From assembly GCF_000143415.4 (NCBI RefSeq), contig NW_003314312.1, positions 67,261 to 131,260 of the forward strand: DNA of 64,000 nt, read 5' to 3'. This document shows, in pieces, positions 47,021 through 60,431 of this stretch; positions within the stretch are counted from its first letter, which is position 1; the number at the start of each line of letters is the position of its first letter. The DNA comes from Selaginella moellendorffii (Eukaryota > Plantae > Lycopodiophyta). The position numbers and the translations under genes were made by a program. A model generated the notes under the pieces. That model did not search any database and was not told the origin of the DNA. It saw nothing but the letters and a program-made list of their open reading frames with translations.

Positions 47021-48285
47021 TGCTAATATCTTTTTTCTCTACTTTCTTGTGTGTGTGTGTGTGCGTGCGTGTGTGGGGTTGTTACGTGCTGCGAGGAGAG
47101 ACCAGCCATCTCCCCTCTATGTTTCAGTTTTTTGTTTGCCCTAGAGTTATTTTCTCTCTTCCTTGATTTTCCAGGCCCCTCTCGTCGCTCCAGTCCAGGG
47201 GATTCTGCAACACACCACATGCCCAGGTTGGCGAAATCGATTCCGACACAATCCTTCTCGAGCGGCTCGAAACTTTCCGCGAACCCTAAGCTCCTAAGCA
47301 TTGGTCGTGATTTTCAGATCCAGGTGAGAACCAGCTAACCCTGCATGAAGACATTAAATTTAAATACCGAGGCACGAAGGCAGCACGGTACGGGAGGCAA
47401 ACGCCAGAAACCTTACAAAAAGAACGATTATTAAGATCGATGTGTTGTGTGTGCGTGCCAAACTTCAACACGACTCTCGATCCAACGGACAGTCGAAAGA
47501 GGGTAACGTGAACAACGTGGGATGCCTCTCATGCACACATTCTTCTCGTTGTCTCGTTTGTCCTGCTGTATCGCCCATCTCATCACTCTAGATCAGTCAG
47601 GGCCGTAAATCAAGTGAAAGGTAGCGCAACAAAGAAAACCTCGTTGATCTACTTGTAGAACCCTTATAAAAATCATACATAGACTTTAATAGTATAAATT
47701 ATTTAAAGACTTTGGTTGAAACTGGATGTTCACTTGTTGACCGGTCAGCCTCTCGTGCAAGGAATTCGCAGACTTGGGTAGATAGATAGATGGATAGATA
47801 GACGCAGGACTTCGTAAGAGATTAACGGATTCGCGTGGCAATCTTTTTGCCCGGAGACAACAACAAGAGTGGTGTGGGCGCACCCACGAAAGCTTTGCTC
47901 TCCTTTTCTGGGTTTTCTGCCTTTATCAGCAAAAGGAATGGTAAACGTTTAAAAAAAAAAAAAGACGCTATTTGTGTGTGTCTCTTTCAAGTGGCATTTG
48001 TTTTACACGACACACTAGAAAGTGAAATCTTGTGCTGTGCTGATGATAGCCCACACCATCTATTATGAATCCATCCCAAAGCAAAAATCTAGATAGTGAC
48101 AATCAAGTGCGGGATACCTACCCTTCAAGGGCGTCCTGTGGAATCTAACAACCTCCGCAAACGATTCGCTGGGCTCAAGATTGTGATTCGGCGGTAAAAA
48201 GCATAGTAAATCCTCCGCCAGCTTTTCAAAGGACATAATACCGGCACTGGGAATCTTGTCCCGTCAAACGTAGGTCTTTGATTCC

Positions 48286-49793
48286 ATGCCAGATCAGAGC
48301 CTAGCATCCTGGAATTCCTTGCTGGAAAACATGGCATCTTGTTCCTCTTTCGACGACACAAAGAGGGTGTTTGATTCCATGAAGAGAAGGAATCTTTTCT
48401 CTTGGACGGTGATGCTAACGGGATATGCCCGAACTGGGGATCTGAAGGGCATGAACGCTATGCCCGAGAGGAATCTCATGTCGTGGACGGTCGCGATTAG
48501 TGGGTTTGGTTCCAACGGCAAGATCCAGCAAGCAAAGAGTCTTGTTTGACTCGATGCTAGAGTGGAATCTCGTCGCCATAAATGGGCATTTCTCCAGAAG
48601 GAAGGCTATCTCGCGAGCTTACGCTCAGGAATCAACGATGGTAGCGGCATTTGGCCAGGATCCTCTTCTTCTGGGCGAAACGAGAGATCTCTTTGATCGC
48701 ATGCCGGAGCACAACATTGTGTCATGGCCAGTGATGCCGACGTCATACGGTCGCGCTGGACACGTCACTCAAGCACAGGGCATCTTTCATCAAATGCCTG
48801 GACGAGACCTGGCAGCGTGGAATGCCATGCTGGCAGCATTGCCCAAGATGGGCAAACCTTACACGTAATTAACTTGTTTGGGCAAATGCCTGTGCACGAC
48901 GTAGGATCCATGTCAGTCATGGTAGACACGCTGGCACGGTGTGGAAGCTTGAGGAAGCAAAGGAAATATTTGATCAGTCCGCGCTCGGTACAGGCTACTA
49001 AATGATGCAAATGCCTGTGCACGACGTAGGATCCATGTCAGTCATGGTAGACACGCTGGCACGGTGTGGAAAGCTTGAGGAAGCAAAGGAAATATTTGAT
49101 CAGGTCCGCGGCTGGTGCATCTCCTCTTGGACGTCGATGATCTTTGCATATACCTCGTTCGGGTATTTTGAAGAAGCAGAGGCTTTATTTTATACAATGC
49201 CCGAAGTAGATACCATAGCCCGAAACGCATTTATTTCATCTTTAGCACTTAATCTCAAACTTGCTAGTGCAGTTCGTGTTTTTCACAGGGCTAACCAGAG
49301 AGACATAACAACTTGGAACACCGTTCTTTCTGCATTTGCCCGCGATGGGCATCTGCAAGAAGCTGAAAAAGTTTTCCGATCGATGCCGGAGCGCGATCTC
49401 GTGAGCTGGAATTCAGTGCTGGAGGCATATGCGGGGCAAGGCAAGCCAGCCCAAGCGATCGGATTCTTCTACGAGCTTCAGCAGCAGTGGATCCCGAGCG
49501 CAATCAGCGTTGTTTGCTTCTTGGTTATGACACGGGACTTCGGATTGGAGGCAACCAAGCAGCACTACAGCTGCGTGATCGATCTCCTGTGCCGGGCAGT
49601 CGTTTTGGCGAATGCCCAAGCCGTGATTGCTGAAATGCCCAGCGTTCCTGATCTTGTCGATTGGCATTGCGTGCTCGCGTTTTGTTCCAGTGACAAAAAC
49701 CTTGAACAAGGAAGAGTGTGTGCCATGTCTGTTCTTGAGATGGAACCAAACAACGCTGCTGCTTACGTCTCGTTGTCACAAACATTGATCTAA
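48286..49793 (+). pseudogene. PLS-E class PPR pseudogene (frameshifts, stops, internal ~100-bp duplication)
   Basis: PPR motifs spread over four ORFs in different frames; E-like tail HYSCVIDLL.RA..L..A...I..MP..PD...W. The block caaatgcctgtgcacgacgtaggatcc...gatca.gtccgcg occurs at ~48883 and ~49008. Confidence 0.85.
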
Positions 49794-49887
49794 ACTCCCC
49801 GCCAAGATTTAAACTTTGGGCTGACGTGGCGCGCATTTATTGGTAGCGGGTTGCCTCGGCTCGGAAGGAACCCTAGAAAGGGATCGG

Positions 49888-51705
49888 ATGTGCGCAAGAT
49901 CCCAGGAGCAGCAAGGAGGAGCAAGAACAATCTCCTTCCTCCATGGCCGCGGCTGGGTGAGGAAGATGATCAACAATGCATTGCTGGAAAAGGTGTCGTC
50001 GTCATCGCCATCGTCTTCTTCTTCGTCGGCTTCCGGTGGTGGTGGGAATGACAGTTGAAGGAACTCCGGGGAAAGCTCCGGGGGCATGATTCCTGTGGAG
50101 CCACCGTCACCTCCCATTCCACCAGACACCCACGTCACGCGCTCACACAAGAAATCGTCCAAGCACAACTCTGGATCGAGCTACTCGCTGGGTGACACGA
50201 GCCGGAGATGGGGTGGTTCCAATCTCGGGAGGAATTTGTCTTCTCCTCGTGAGATCTCCGAGGAGCTTGACAAGTTCGTCATCGGCCAGGAACGAGCCAA
50301 AAAGGTGTGATAGTGCTCGTGTTCTTGCTTTTATCTTAACGTTTGGTTGTTCTTCTCTTCCAGGTGTTGTCTGTGGCAGTCTATAATCACTACAAACGGA
50401 TTTACTTTGAGAGTTTAAGAAATGAAGTTGCCAAAGCCGCTGTTATGGGAGAGTACGCAACATTTTTTCTATTCCTATACCAACAAGTGCTTGCATCGTT
50501 TTTCAGATCAGAGGAATTTAATGAGAGCGTAGCATTGAATGCCAATGCGTCTCGAGACGATGAAGTTGAGCTTGAGAAGAGCAACGTGCTGTTGCTCGGT
50601 CCTACTGGCTCTGGTACCGATGCTTTACACAAGATTCCATGCAAGCTCATCTTGATTTTTTGCAGGGAAGACATTGTTAGCTAAGTCAAAGTTTGTGAAT
50701 GTTCCCTTCATAATTGCAGATGCTACGACGCTCACACAGGCAAGATTCAATCAACAAATTTTCTAAGATGCATGCAAGGAAATTTTGTTTGAGCTTGGCT
50801 CCTTTTTAGGCAGGGTATGTTGGAGAAGACGTGGAACCGAGTTCAACGTAAATGCAGCTCAGCAAGGAATAGTCTACGTTGACGAAGTCGACAAAATTAC
50901 CAAAAAGGTATGATCAAAATCCATTTTTCTTTCTTTCTTTCGGCCTGACTTTTCTCCAGTGCAGTCAGAAAGCCTCGACATTGGAAGGGACGTGAGCGGT
51001 GAAGGTGTTCAACAAGCACTGCTCACAATTTTGGAAGGAACTGTAAGGAGCTGAAATTCTATTCTCATTGCAAAGGCTTCTGGGGTAATCAACTCGTTCA
51101 GTGAGTGTGTACAGATTGTTAACGTCCCTAAGAAAGGAGCTAGAAAGCATCCTCGTAGCGATCACACCCAGGTTCGCTGTGGGGTTCTATCTTTCAGCTT
51201 TGATTTATTTAACCATGCCTACTTTCAGATTGATACGAAAGAAATCCTTTTTATATGCGGGGGAGCTTTTGTGGATCTGAAGAAAACGATTGCAGAGAGG
51301 TTAGTGGTTGCAAAGATTTTAGTTATCATATCTAAAGCAATATCCCAGGAGACAAGATTCGTCTATCGGTTTTGGGGCACCAGTGCGAGCCAATATAAGA
51401 AACAACGGTGGTACAACCAGTGCGACGGTTGCTTCATCCTTGCTTGAAAAGGTTTGGTCCACTTTACGGCTTTAAAATTTAGAGATCTCTCTTTTCTCTT
51501 GAGTAGGACGAGAGCAGTGATCTCATTTCATATGGATTGATACCAGAGTTTATTGGACGCTTTCCAGTGATTGTGAGCCTTTGTGCTTTGAACGAGGATC
51601 AAATGACTTATATTTTACAGCATAACCTTTGCAAGCGGGCAGGTTCTCATGACGCGTAAGAACGCATTGGGGAAACAGTACACCAAGCTCTTTGCAGTGA
51701 ACGAC
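49888..51705 (+). pseudogene. CLPX: ClpX (mitochondrial-type Clp ATPase) pseudogene, truncated at the duplication junction
   Basis: [95 protein letters not shown]. In-frame TGA at 50056-50058, short deletion after LLAK, frameshifting deletion after GEDVE, final exons absent. Confidence 0.9.
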
Positions 51706-52027
51706 GTAAGAGATGTCTCAAAACCAACTCAAGATTGATCATGGCTTGTTCCAATTGGAATCAAGATGAGAGCTCTTTTACTTTCTTCGTTTATCGTTTA
51801 TCATCTCATTCTTTTGATCGATCGCGCGATCAAAAAGAGAATTTTGGAATTCCGGAACTCAAATCGTGGCTGGGAGTGAAATTGCGATCAATGCAGGCTG
51901 TTCTATGTGCGCTAAGCAGCGGCGAGAAAACCCACGAGCGCGATTTTGCTAAGCAAATCCCACAAAGCACCAAGAACACCAAGAACAGGGGAGGACACCA
52001 TTTAAATGGAGAGAGGAGTAATTTTCT

Positions 52028-52092
52028 TACCTGGACGATTCGGTGAGCTCGATGGTAGGACGTGCAAGCGGAGCAGAGTGGATTCTTGGCGA
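52028..52092 (-). pseudogene. PLATZ exon 1 remnant
   Basis: Copy of the end of PLATZ exon 1 ([19 protein letters not shown]) fused by deletion to upstream sequence; no other exons present. Confidence 0.8.
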
Positions 52093-52436
52093 GGCAAAAA
52101 CAAGACGGCTCTCAGGGCGATCGAAGCGATTCGAATTCCAGCGATTAAAAGAGATGGATCGATCGTTGGACGGGGAAAGAAGAGGAAGAAGGAAGGAGGC
52201 AAACATTTGAGAACAAGATTGATAGAAATTAATATCACACAACACACACAGCACACACATTACATTGCATCAGCTGATGCCGTCCATTCGTTTCATCCGA
52301 TGGCCGCCAACGCCTCGGAATTAAACACCGTCGGATTCTAGCGGCCATCCAACGGCCAATAGCAAAGAGCCCGCCTGACCGTCCAATGCTGCATCCGACG
52401 GCTGGCGATCAATAAGGCGCTTTACAATAAGGAAAA

Positions 52437-55400
52437 TGTGATTGGAATTTTTCATATGAAATGGAATACATAAATATATATATAAATTAGCTTTAAATCC
52501 CTAATTTATATACAGAAGTGAATGGTTCCGATTGAAATCAATTTACTACTACTAAAATCCCTTTACATAAATATTATTATTCATAACTGTACATTTGGAC
52601 CTTACATCATCCCTTCCTCTCATAATGATAAAAGACTATTAGGGTTCTCTCATGGATAGGCTAGGATCTAGAAGAATATCAAGAGGAGGCATTAGTGGAT
52701 CTATATGTAGTATAAATTGTTTTTTATCCCTTTGTATGAAGTGTTTTAATTGTTGCACATACATAATTTCTGAAGGATTAGCTTGTTAAATGTTATACCG
52801 AACGTCATAAACTTATAGTTCCACTTGCCGCAACACCTAATATAGTCCTTTTCACTAAGCAAGGAACCTTAAATAAACCATGTGCATCGATAGTTCGTGG
52901 CAATTGCAAAAGTAAATTCAACTCCATTGGTAATATTGGATCATGACCATATAAGAGTTTATATGATGAAACATTAATAAAATTCTACACTTTTGTGACA
53001 TACACATATTGAAGAAATAACAAATAACAATCTCAATTTGAACGTTAAAAGTTTACGTACTTCACGATCATCCCTTTGAAAGTTAGAACAAACTATTCCA
53101 CCAAACTGTTTAATTGTGGATAAACACTTGTGAAAGTGTGGCGTATCCCCAATAGAGACATCAAAACATGAAATACCTTAGTTATAAATGCGGGACCATT
53201 ATTTGAAAGAATTTGCTCTGAATAAAAATGCTAGAACACCATTTTATTGAGGAGGAAGTATCCAACAGTAGTTGCAGATGCGCTAGCAAGAGCATTAACT
53301 TCCACAAAATGAGTTAAGTAATTAGAAGCAATATAACATACTCATTGCCAATAGTCAATCATAGAAAAAGCCCCATTAGATTAAACACCACCAATTCAAA
53401 TGGATAGGAAACTGCAATTAACTCCAACCATCTTTCTGTAATATGAGAGGGAATATTACAAGCTTGGCATCAAACATAGCTATGGATATACTAGATAACA
53501 TTACGTCACATCTCTAGCTAATAAAAAGACCTATATAGCTTCTCAGTCATACAACGATGTCCTATATGCTTGCCTAAAATAAGAGAATCATGGTAGGCTA
53601 TGGAGAAAAGGTGGAATAAAGATTGAAAGCATCATTAGTTGTAAATGATCATCAAAAAAAAAAAATTGTTCTCAAAGCGATAAAAAAAAATTGTTCTCAA
53701 AGCGAAAATGAGAATGTAAATGCTAAAATGGCAAATCATCAGCACGTAATGCAAGATTCTTAAACCCATCACAAAGCCTTTGAATTCACATCTCAATCTT
53801 TTAAGTCTCATGAACCTTGTCAAGAGAAGTGGTAAATTTGTGCTCTGCGCCTTGTGGATACTGAACATCAAGTATAGCAACCACTGATGGCATAGAATCC
53901 TCATATAAAAACTTCATAGATGCTAGAATAATAAATTCGTTAAAAACATGAGAAGAGAGTGAAGAAGAAAGAGGAGCTCGAAAAAGAATATCAGTATCAG
54001 CCATAAAACTCTCTAAGCAATGAACAATATCAAAATCATACATCTAAAGCTTTAAATCCCACCAAGCAATACGACTAACCAAGTTTTTTTGCTTTAGTAA
54101 TGAAGTAATTGCAACATGATCACCTTTTAATAATGTCCAAGAAACATGTAGATATGTATAAAGTTTCTCAAAACCCCAAAATGTTGCTAAATATTTCTTC
54201 TTTATCGTGGAGTAATTCATCTCTGCTAGTTGTAATGTACGACTAATATATATATTGGGATGGCACTAACCAGGCACACTCAGGCTCTCTTGCATCAACA
54301 TGCTTCCAAAATCGATATCAGAAGCATCCACACACAAAATGAAAAGCCGAATGTAGTCAAGATATACCAAAACTGGAGGAGTCATCAATAACTCTTTGAG
54401 ATCCATAAATGCCCACTCACAGTCTGCAGATCAAACGAAATAAGACATTAACAACTTCAGCAATGCTCATAATGGTGCAATGCAATCAGAAAGATGATCA
54501 ACAAAACAATTGGAATACTACACCTTGCTCAGGAAATGCTACACATCATTCACACATTTTAAAGTAGGGAACTTTAGAACAACCACAAGTTTGTCATGAT
54601 CAATTTGAAAACCCTCACAAGAAATATGGTACCCAAGATAAATCATGTCCTTAGACCCAAATACACATTTCGACTGCTTCAGCTTTAAACTAACTTTCCG
54701 TAACTGATCCAACACTTTACAAACATCATGGACGTATTCCTCTCATGCCCCTCCGAATGAATTAAAACATCATCGATGAAGTCAGTAATTACTTCTAGTA
54801 TATCACAAAAAACCTCGTCCACCATCCACTAGAAAGTTGTTGGAGCAATGTTCAAACCAAACAGCATCACCAAAAACTCCTACAAGCCAAATGGTGTACA
54901 AAATATAGTCTTAAAAATATTTTCTTCAGCCATCAGTATTTGCCAGTACCCCGAAGCAAGATTTAATTTGGTGAACCAACAATTTCTCCCTAGACGATCC
55001 AAGAGATCAACAATGTGAGGAAGAGGGTATACATCCGGGATTGTCACTTAATGTAATAGATGATAGTTCAACCACTGCAACACAAAGACTATCAAAAGAA
55101 TTGGAGAAGATAAAATAGAAATATAAAAGGAAGTAATGGGGAAACAAAAGTAAAAAGTACTAAAGTGAGAGGAAAGGAAGAAATATAAAGAAGTATGAGA
55201 TAAGGGGGAGAAGCCTTAAAGTCACACTCGGCATGATTGCACTGCAATCAATCTATACTAAGGATGAGGTCAAAAGCTTGATTCGGCACCGCCTGTAATG
55301 ATTGCAACTCAAGCTCAAGATCGCCCATATACATAACCATGTTCACCTCATCCCGTGCACATATGTGTATATTGCCGTTGCCATAAAAAATGAAAATTGG

Positions 55401-56890
55401 CTTTGCCACACAATATAGATATAGATGGTAACATATGGCAATAGGCCAAGCAATAGAAAATAAACTCAAGTCTATATCAACTAACACAAAGAGAATAATA
55501 GAAGATATTTTCTTATAAAAATGAATTTGGAAAGTAAACACTAAATGAACTGGTGCCGAGTGAACCCCTTGATGATACTCTCGAAAGAAAGATGAAGGGA
55601 TCATTGATTTATTTGCACAAGTTCCCTCTATTACTTGTGTGACTCCTCGTTTTTCAGAAGCATCTCAGTCTTCAAATTTTCCACTGTAGCAACATCAATA
55701 AGATGTTATTAATGTCAAGGTCTCCACCTAGGAAGTGGAGATTGCCACTCTGAAAATGCTGATAATGCCGATAAGTGTGACTAACTTCATCACATGCCTA
55801 GCAACAAATATCACGGTTATGGCCATGACCATGTCCTCACCCCTGTCCTTAAATTTAGGCAACAGCAGCATCAACCTCTATTAGAATAAGACTATTTCCC
55901 ATAAGCAGTGGGGTTGAAGGATGTGTAACAAGAAGTGGAATAAGCGACGTTTCATGATATTGTGCTAAACAAAGAGCATTATCAAGGGTGGCTGGAGTTA
56001 GTGCATGCACAAGTCCTACAAAATCTTGATAAAATACTAGCTATAACATTCCTAACTTAATCTGCTCCAACATATTTGGCTCTGTATGAAGTAAGAGGCT
56101 ATAGAAATGAATGCCAAATTGCATCATTAATTTAGATGGCCCTTGATGAAGACAATACAATTGTTAAAAGACATCATCACAATTATTAACATGTATAAAT
56201 GCACATTTGAAGACATTTGGGAGAATGCTCCAGTCTGCACGAGTGGTTGCGCTCAAGCTATTGTACCACTGCAACACCATCTTTTAAAGATACATGGGAA
56301 ATTTACATAAATGCCAAACATTATCCCAAAAATGATATATAGCAATCATTATAAAGTGATCAAACCAATGGTATACATCATCTTCAGGATTTTTATAAAA
56401 GAATTCTAACCAATGCAAGGATTGGCAATAAGAGCAAGAGGAATTGTACCACACGCTATGAATGTCGCTATCAACTAAATTTGGTTGTTCAATTATAATT
56501 GCATAACATTGAGAAATTGCATTAATTGCAACTCCAAAGTTAACGAAGGAGGAGATTGCTACTCTGGCATGAAGATGAATGAAAAAAGAAAAAGCAAAAG
56601 AAAAAAAACAAAAGCTAGAAAGAAAAGAAGATCTAGACAATACAAAACCTAAATCTAATTAAAATTCTAAATTTAAGCACTCCTCACGGACAATTAAAGT
56701 TGCCTTTCACCTCCACTAATGTGAGTGCATGGAATATGAAAATGGAATATAAAAATATGTATATCAATTAACCCAAAAACTTTAACTTATATTGGTCCAA
56801 ATTAAAACTAATCTATGATAGCTACTAAAATCCCATTATGCTAATATTAGTATACAACATCATAATTATACATTTAAACTTCATACATCT
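52437..56890 (-). mobile_element. Heavily decayed Ty3/Gypsy LTR retrotransposon with short (~170 bp) LTRs at 52437-52609 and 56720-56890
   Basis: RT motifs (FTKLNLASGYWQI, FGLNIAPTTF, FIDDVL), RNase H (LCVDASD), integrase (ILSNNGPAF) in Gypsy order. PPT GAGAGGAAGGGA at 52610-52621. Both LTRs begin TGTGA and share atatgaaatggaata and ctactaaaatccc. Confidence 0.85.
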
Positions 56891-57021
56891 AATCTTTTAT
56901 TTTAGGGTTTGGGTTTAAAATTTTTTGGCGCAATATCTAAATCAAGATTCCATTAGGGCTGATAAAACTTGCAGAATATAAGTTTTGTGCTGCGCGAGCG
57001 AGGGAGGGCATTCTTGGAGCC

Positions 57022-57469
57022 ATGGCGGCGCAGCGCCTCTGGATTTTCGATTCCTCGACGAGGGGCTAGGCGGCGCAAGGAACAAGAAGCGCAAGCGCGA
57101 TGCCGATCAGGCGGCGAGCGGCAGGAGGAGAAGCGGCAGGCGATGGATGAGGGAGATTCCAGGCCCGTCTACGCTAAGCCCAGCTACGACGCGTGAAGGT
57201 GTCTGGGCGCAAGTGGAAGGAGGTGAAGATGTGCCGCGCGTCGGCGCTGCGGGTTAGCAGCAGCCTGGAGGAGCGTGCCGAGTTCCGGGAGCGCAAGCAG
57301 CAGCTCAAGGAGCAAATCCGGGCCAACAAGAAAGAGGCTGGAGGAGTACAAGAAGAGGAAGGAGGAAAACGTGAAGAAGTCGGGTTTGAAGCTCCAGAAG
57401 GTGACCAACCTCAAGAAACTCCAGAAAATGTCCAAGAGGGAAAAGAAATTGGTGACTGTGGCAGAGTAG
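57022..57469 (+). pseudogene. CCDC86/Cgr1-like pseudogene (copy B)
   Basis: Near-identical to 42398-42916 but with several small deletions and frameshifts, starting at codon 4. Confidence 0.88.
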
Positions 57470-58250
57470 TAGTTTGGTGGCACAGCACGGCAATTAAAGG
57501 TGGCAGTGTGTCGCACAGATCTGCGAGAGAGTAAGTGCTAGACTCGATTGTTAGATCGATCGATAGTTTTATTTTTTCTCTCCTGTTTTTTGTCGCTTTA
57601 ATTCCTTGTTGTTGGCTGAGAAGGACCAGAGATTATCGCCGGGCTCTTCTCTCAGACCGATCAGGGAAAAAGAAAGCAAAGAAAGAAAAAACAATTCTAG
57701 AGCCTCGGATGTTGCAGTAGATGGAAGGCCCAGCTACTCATGCAAGTGAGCTACAGTGGTGTTGATTTCCTCAACGTTTGCAAACAGCTCTTCTCCACTC
57801 GGTACTTTGATTTGGCTGGGGTCGGCTGCTTTAAAGGTTTCTAATGGTTTCCTGGACTGTTTCGGATCGTATTGGATTGGACGGACTGACAAAATCCACT
57901 CCCTAGAGTGTTGGAACCCGAGAGCAAGTCGAGAACGTTGGACAAGCAAGAAACCTTGCATCCGGTTACAAGCAAGCAGGAAAGCAACGAGGCAACGAGA
58001 GACAAATTCGCCAACTTTTCATTACATGTACACAATAATTAGCCAGGCAGCAGCAGCAACAGCACAGGGAAGAAGGAAAAAACAAGAAGAGCTGGATGAT
58101 GTCGAAAAACATGGACGAACCGGCAAGAGATCTCGAAAACTTTGAACGTCCCGCCCCGCTTTCTGAGAAAAAGGAAGAAGCTGAAAGGAAACAAGAAGGA
58201 ACAGGAAGTGTGTGCTCGCTCGCTCGCTCGTTTGATCGGGCTAGCATAGC

Positions 58251-60431
58251 TCAAAAACTGGGCGTTCCGGACCAGCCATCGACACACTTCAACAAGGGAG
58301 CAACAAGCTTGCCCTGGCAGATGGCATCGTAGACTTTGGTGAAGTCCTCGCCGGGCGTTCCACTCTTGGTCCCCATGAGCAGCGCAGTCCCGGCACCTTT
58401 CCTCACAAACTCATACAGCGGCGCCGAGGCACAGTCGAAGATCCGGTTTGGCAGCACCGCGTTACCGCTCTCGTACGCCTCCCTGGCCGCCGGGACCTCG
58501 ACACTCAACGCCGCCTTGAGCTCCTCCTCGAACAGCCCGATCTTGTGCAGCACCGAGGAGCTCGTCTCCTTCTCGTCCCCGATGTTCTTCAGGGCGTGCT
58601 CGACGAGAACCTGGCGGAGCTTCTGCATGAGCGGGTATCCAGCGCTGGCCGGATCATCGATGTAGGTGAAGACGTGCTGGTTGTCCACCACGGACAGGAG
58701 CTCCTCCTCGCAGAAGCGCGACCGCAGCAGCGCTCCGGCAGCCCCGGTGGTGAGCGTCTTCTTAACGGCGTGAGAGACGGTCTGCTTCACGGTGGCTTGC
58801 AAGTTCTCCTCGAGGTGGCGGAGGTCGATGGCCTGGCACAGCGCCACCAGATACGTCGACGACATGAGCTTGAGGATGTCGAGAGCTTCCACCGTCTTGC
58901 GAGCCGAGACGAGGCCGAGAGAGTTCACGTCCTGGTTGTGCTGCTCGGCGCTCTGGACGTGGGTGGTGACCGGGTTGGCCAGGTACTGGAGCTCCGAGGT
59001 GTACGAGGCCATGGCGATCTCGGCACCTTTGAAACCATAGTCCAAGCTTGGGTTGGATCCGCCGCTCAAGTTGGAAGGCAGGCCGTTGTTGTATAAGTCA
59101 TTGACGAGCTCCGAGAACTGCGCGAACATGAGCTTCCCGATGGCCGCCACCGCCAGGCGCAAGTTATCCATGGACACACCGATGGGCGTCCCCTGGAAGT
59201 TGCCACCGTGGAGGGCCTTGTCGCGAGCAACGTCGATGATCGGGTTGTCATTCACGGAGTTGATCTCGCGCTGGATGGAGTGAGTGGCGTGGCGGATGAC
59301 CTCGATCTGGGGGCCGAGCCACTGCGGGGAGGTGCGCAGCGCGTAGCGGTCCTGCTTGGGCTTCTTGAGGGGGTCGGTCTCGTGGAGCTTGGCGGCGGCC
59401 TTCATGTAGGAGCTCCCGGCGAGGACGTGCTCCATGATGGCGGCGGCCTCGATCTGGCCGGGGTGGTGCTTGAGCTTGTGCGTCAGCGGATCCGTGAACT
59501 CGGGCTTGCCTTGCATCGCCTCGCAGAACATCGCGGACAGGATCTCGGCCAGGAGCGCCAGGACGTTGGCGTCGAAGCAGGCGATGGAGGCCACCGCCGC
59601 GCCGACTGCCGTGCCGTTGACGATGGCGAAGCCTTCCTTGGGCTGGAGCTCGAAGGGCTGCTCCACGCCGACGAGCTTGAGCGCCTCGGTGCTGTTGACG
59701 ACCTTCCCGTCCGGCAAGACGGCGCGCGCGTTGGATCGGCCGCTGAGCAGCCCGGCAATGTAGCTGAGAGGGACGAGATCGCCGGAGGCAGTGATCGTCC
59801 CGCGGAGTGGGATCCGCGCCACGATGCCCGAGTTGACGAGCTTCTCCATGGCGGACAGGATCTCCCACCGGATGCCCGAGTAGCCCTGGAGGAGCGTGTT
59901 GGTGCGCACCAGCATCGCGGCGCGCGCGAAGGCCAGCGGGAGAACGTTGGTCGAATCGTCGTCGCTGAAGATCCCGGCGTTGAGGACGCGGATGAGCTCG
60001 CGCTGGAGCCCCACGCCCTGGTTGATCCGGCGGTGGGAGGTGGCGCCGAATCCAGTCGTGACGCCGAGGATGTCGGTCCCCTTCATCGCATTGTCGAGTA
60101 CCCAGTTGGAGCTCTCGTCCACCCTCTTCTTGGCGGCGGCGGAATCCAAGCGTACCTGGGCGCCGCGCTTGGCCACCGCCGCCACCTGGGCGATGGTGAG
60201 CGTGGTGCCCTCGATCGGGAAGCTGGGCTTGGCGGCGCCGTAGACGGTGTGGGCCATCTCGTGGACCTCCTCGAGGTGGCTACCCGACATCGCCGCCGCG
60301 GCCTTCTTCCAGCTGAGGGGATCGGCGGTGTCGTAGCGCGGAGTGGAATTGGGAAGGCAGAGCGTGGGATCTGGCGACACCCGGACGAGCGGCGAGTAGG
60401 AGGAGGTTGTGTCGCTGCCGTTGGCCACCAT
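58251..60431 (-). CDS. PAL: PAL paralog (copy B), intact 726-aa ORF with active-site substitutions including loss of the catalytic Tyr
   Basis: MIO ASG retained; GTDILG instead of GTDTYG, ELIRVL instead of [14 protein letters not shown] instead of EGLAIVNG. Confidence 0.9.
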   Translation of the reverse strand: MVANGSDTTSSYSPLVRVSPDPTLCLPNSTPRYDTADPLSWKKAAAAMSGSHLEEVHEMAHTVYGAAKPSFPIEGTTLTIAQVAAVAKRGAQVRLDSAAAKKRVDESSNWVLDNAMKGTDILGVTTGFGATSHRRINQGVGLQRELIRVLNAGIFSDDDSTNVLPLAFARAAMLVRTNTLLQGYSGIRWEILSAMEKLVNSGIVARIPLRGTITASGDLVPLSYIAGLLSGRSNARAVLPDGKVVNSTEALKLVGVEQPFELQPKEGFAIVNGTAVGAAVASIACFDANVLALLAEILSAMFCEAMQGKPEFTDPLTHKLKHHPGQIEAAAIMEHVLAGSSYMKAAAKLHETDPLKKPKQDRYALRTSPQWLGPQIEVIRHATHSIQREINSVNDNPIIDVARDKALHGGNFQGTPIGVSMDNLRLAVAAIGKLMFAQFSELVNDLYNNGLPSNLSGGSNPSLDYGFKGAEIAMASYTSELQYLANPVTTHVQSAEQHNQDVNSLGLVSARKTVEALDILKLMSSTYLVALCQAIDLRHLEENLQATVKQTVSHAVKKTLTTGAAGALLRSRFCEEELLSVVDNQHVFTYIDDPASAGYPLMQKLRQVLVEHALKNIGDEKETSSSVLHKIGLFEEELKAALSVEVPAAREAYESGNAVLPNRIFDCASAPLYEFVRKGAGTALLMGTKSGTPGEDFTKVYDAICQGKLVAPLLKCVDGWSGTPSF

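Larger units (their letters stand above)
40937..51733. repeat. Tandem segmental duplication, copy A (~10.8 kb)
   Basis: Sequence starting ATTGATCATGGCTTGTTCC at 40937 recurs at 51734; PLATZ exon 1, CCDC86, PAL and the PAL upstream region recur in the same order. Confidence 0.92.

Noticed and set aside
47049-47074. (GT)n microsatellite
   Set aside because: Ordinary simple repeat.
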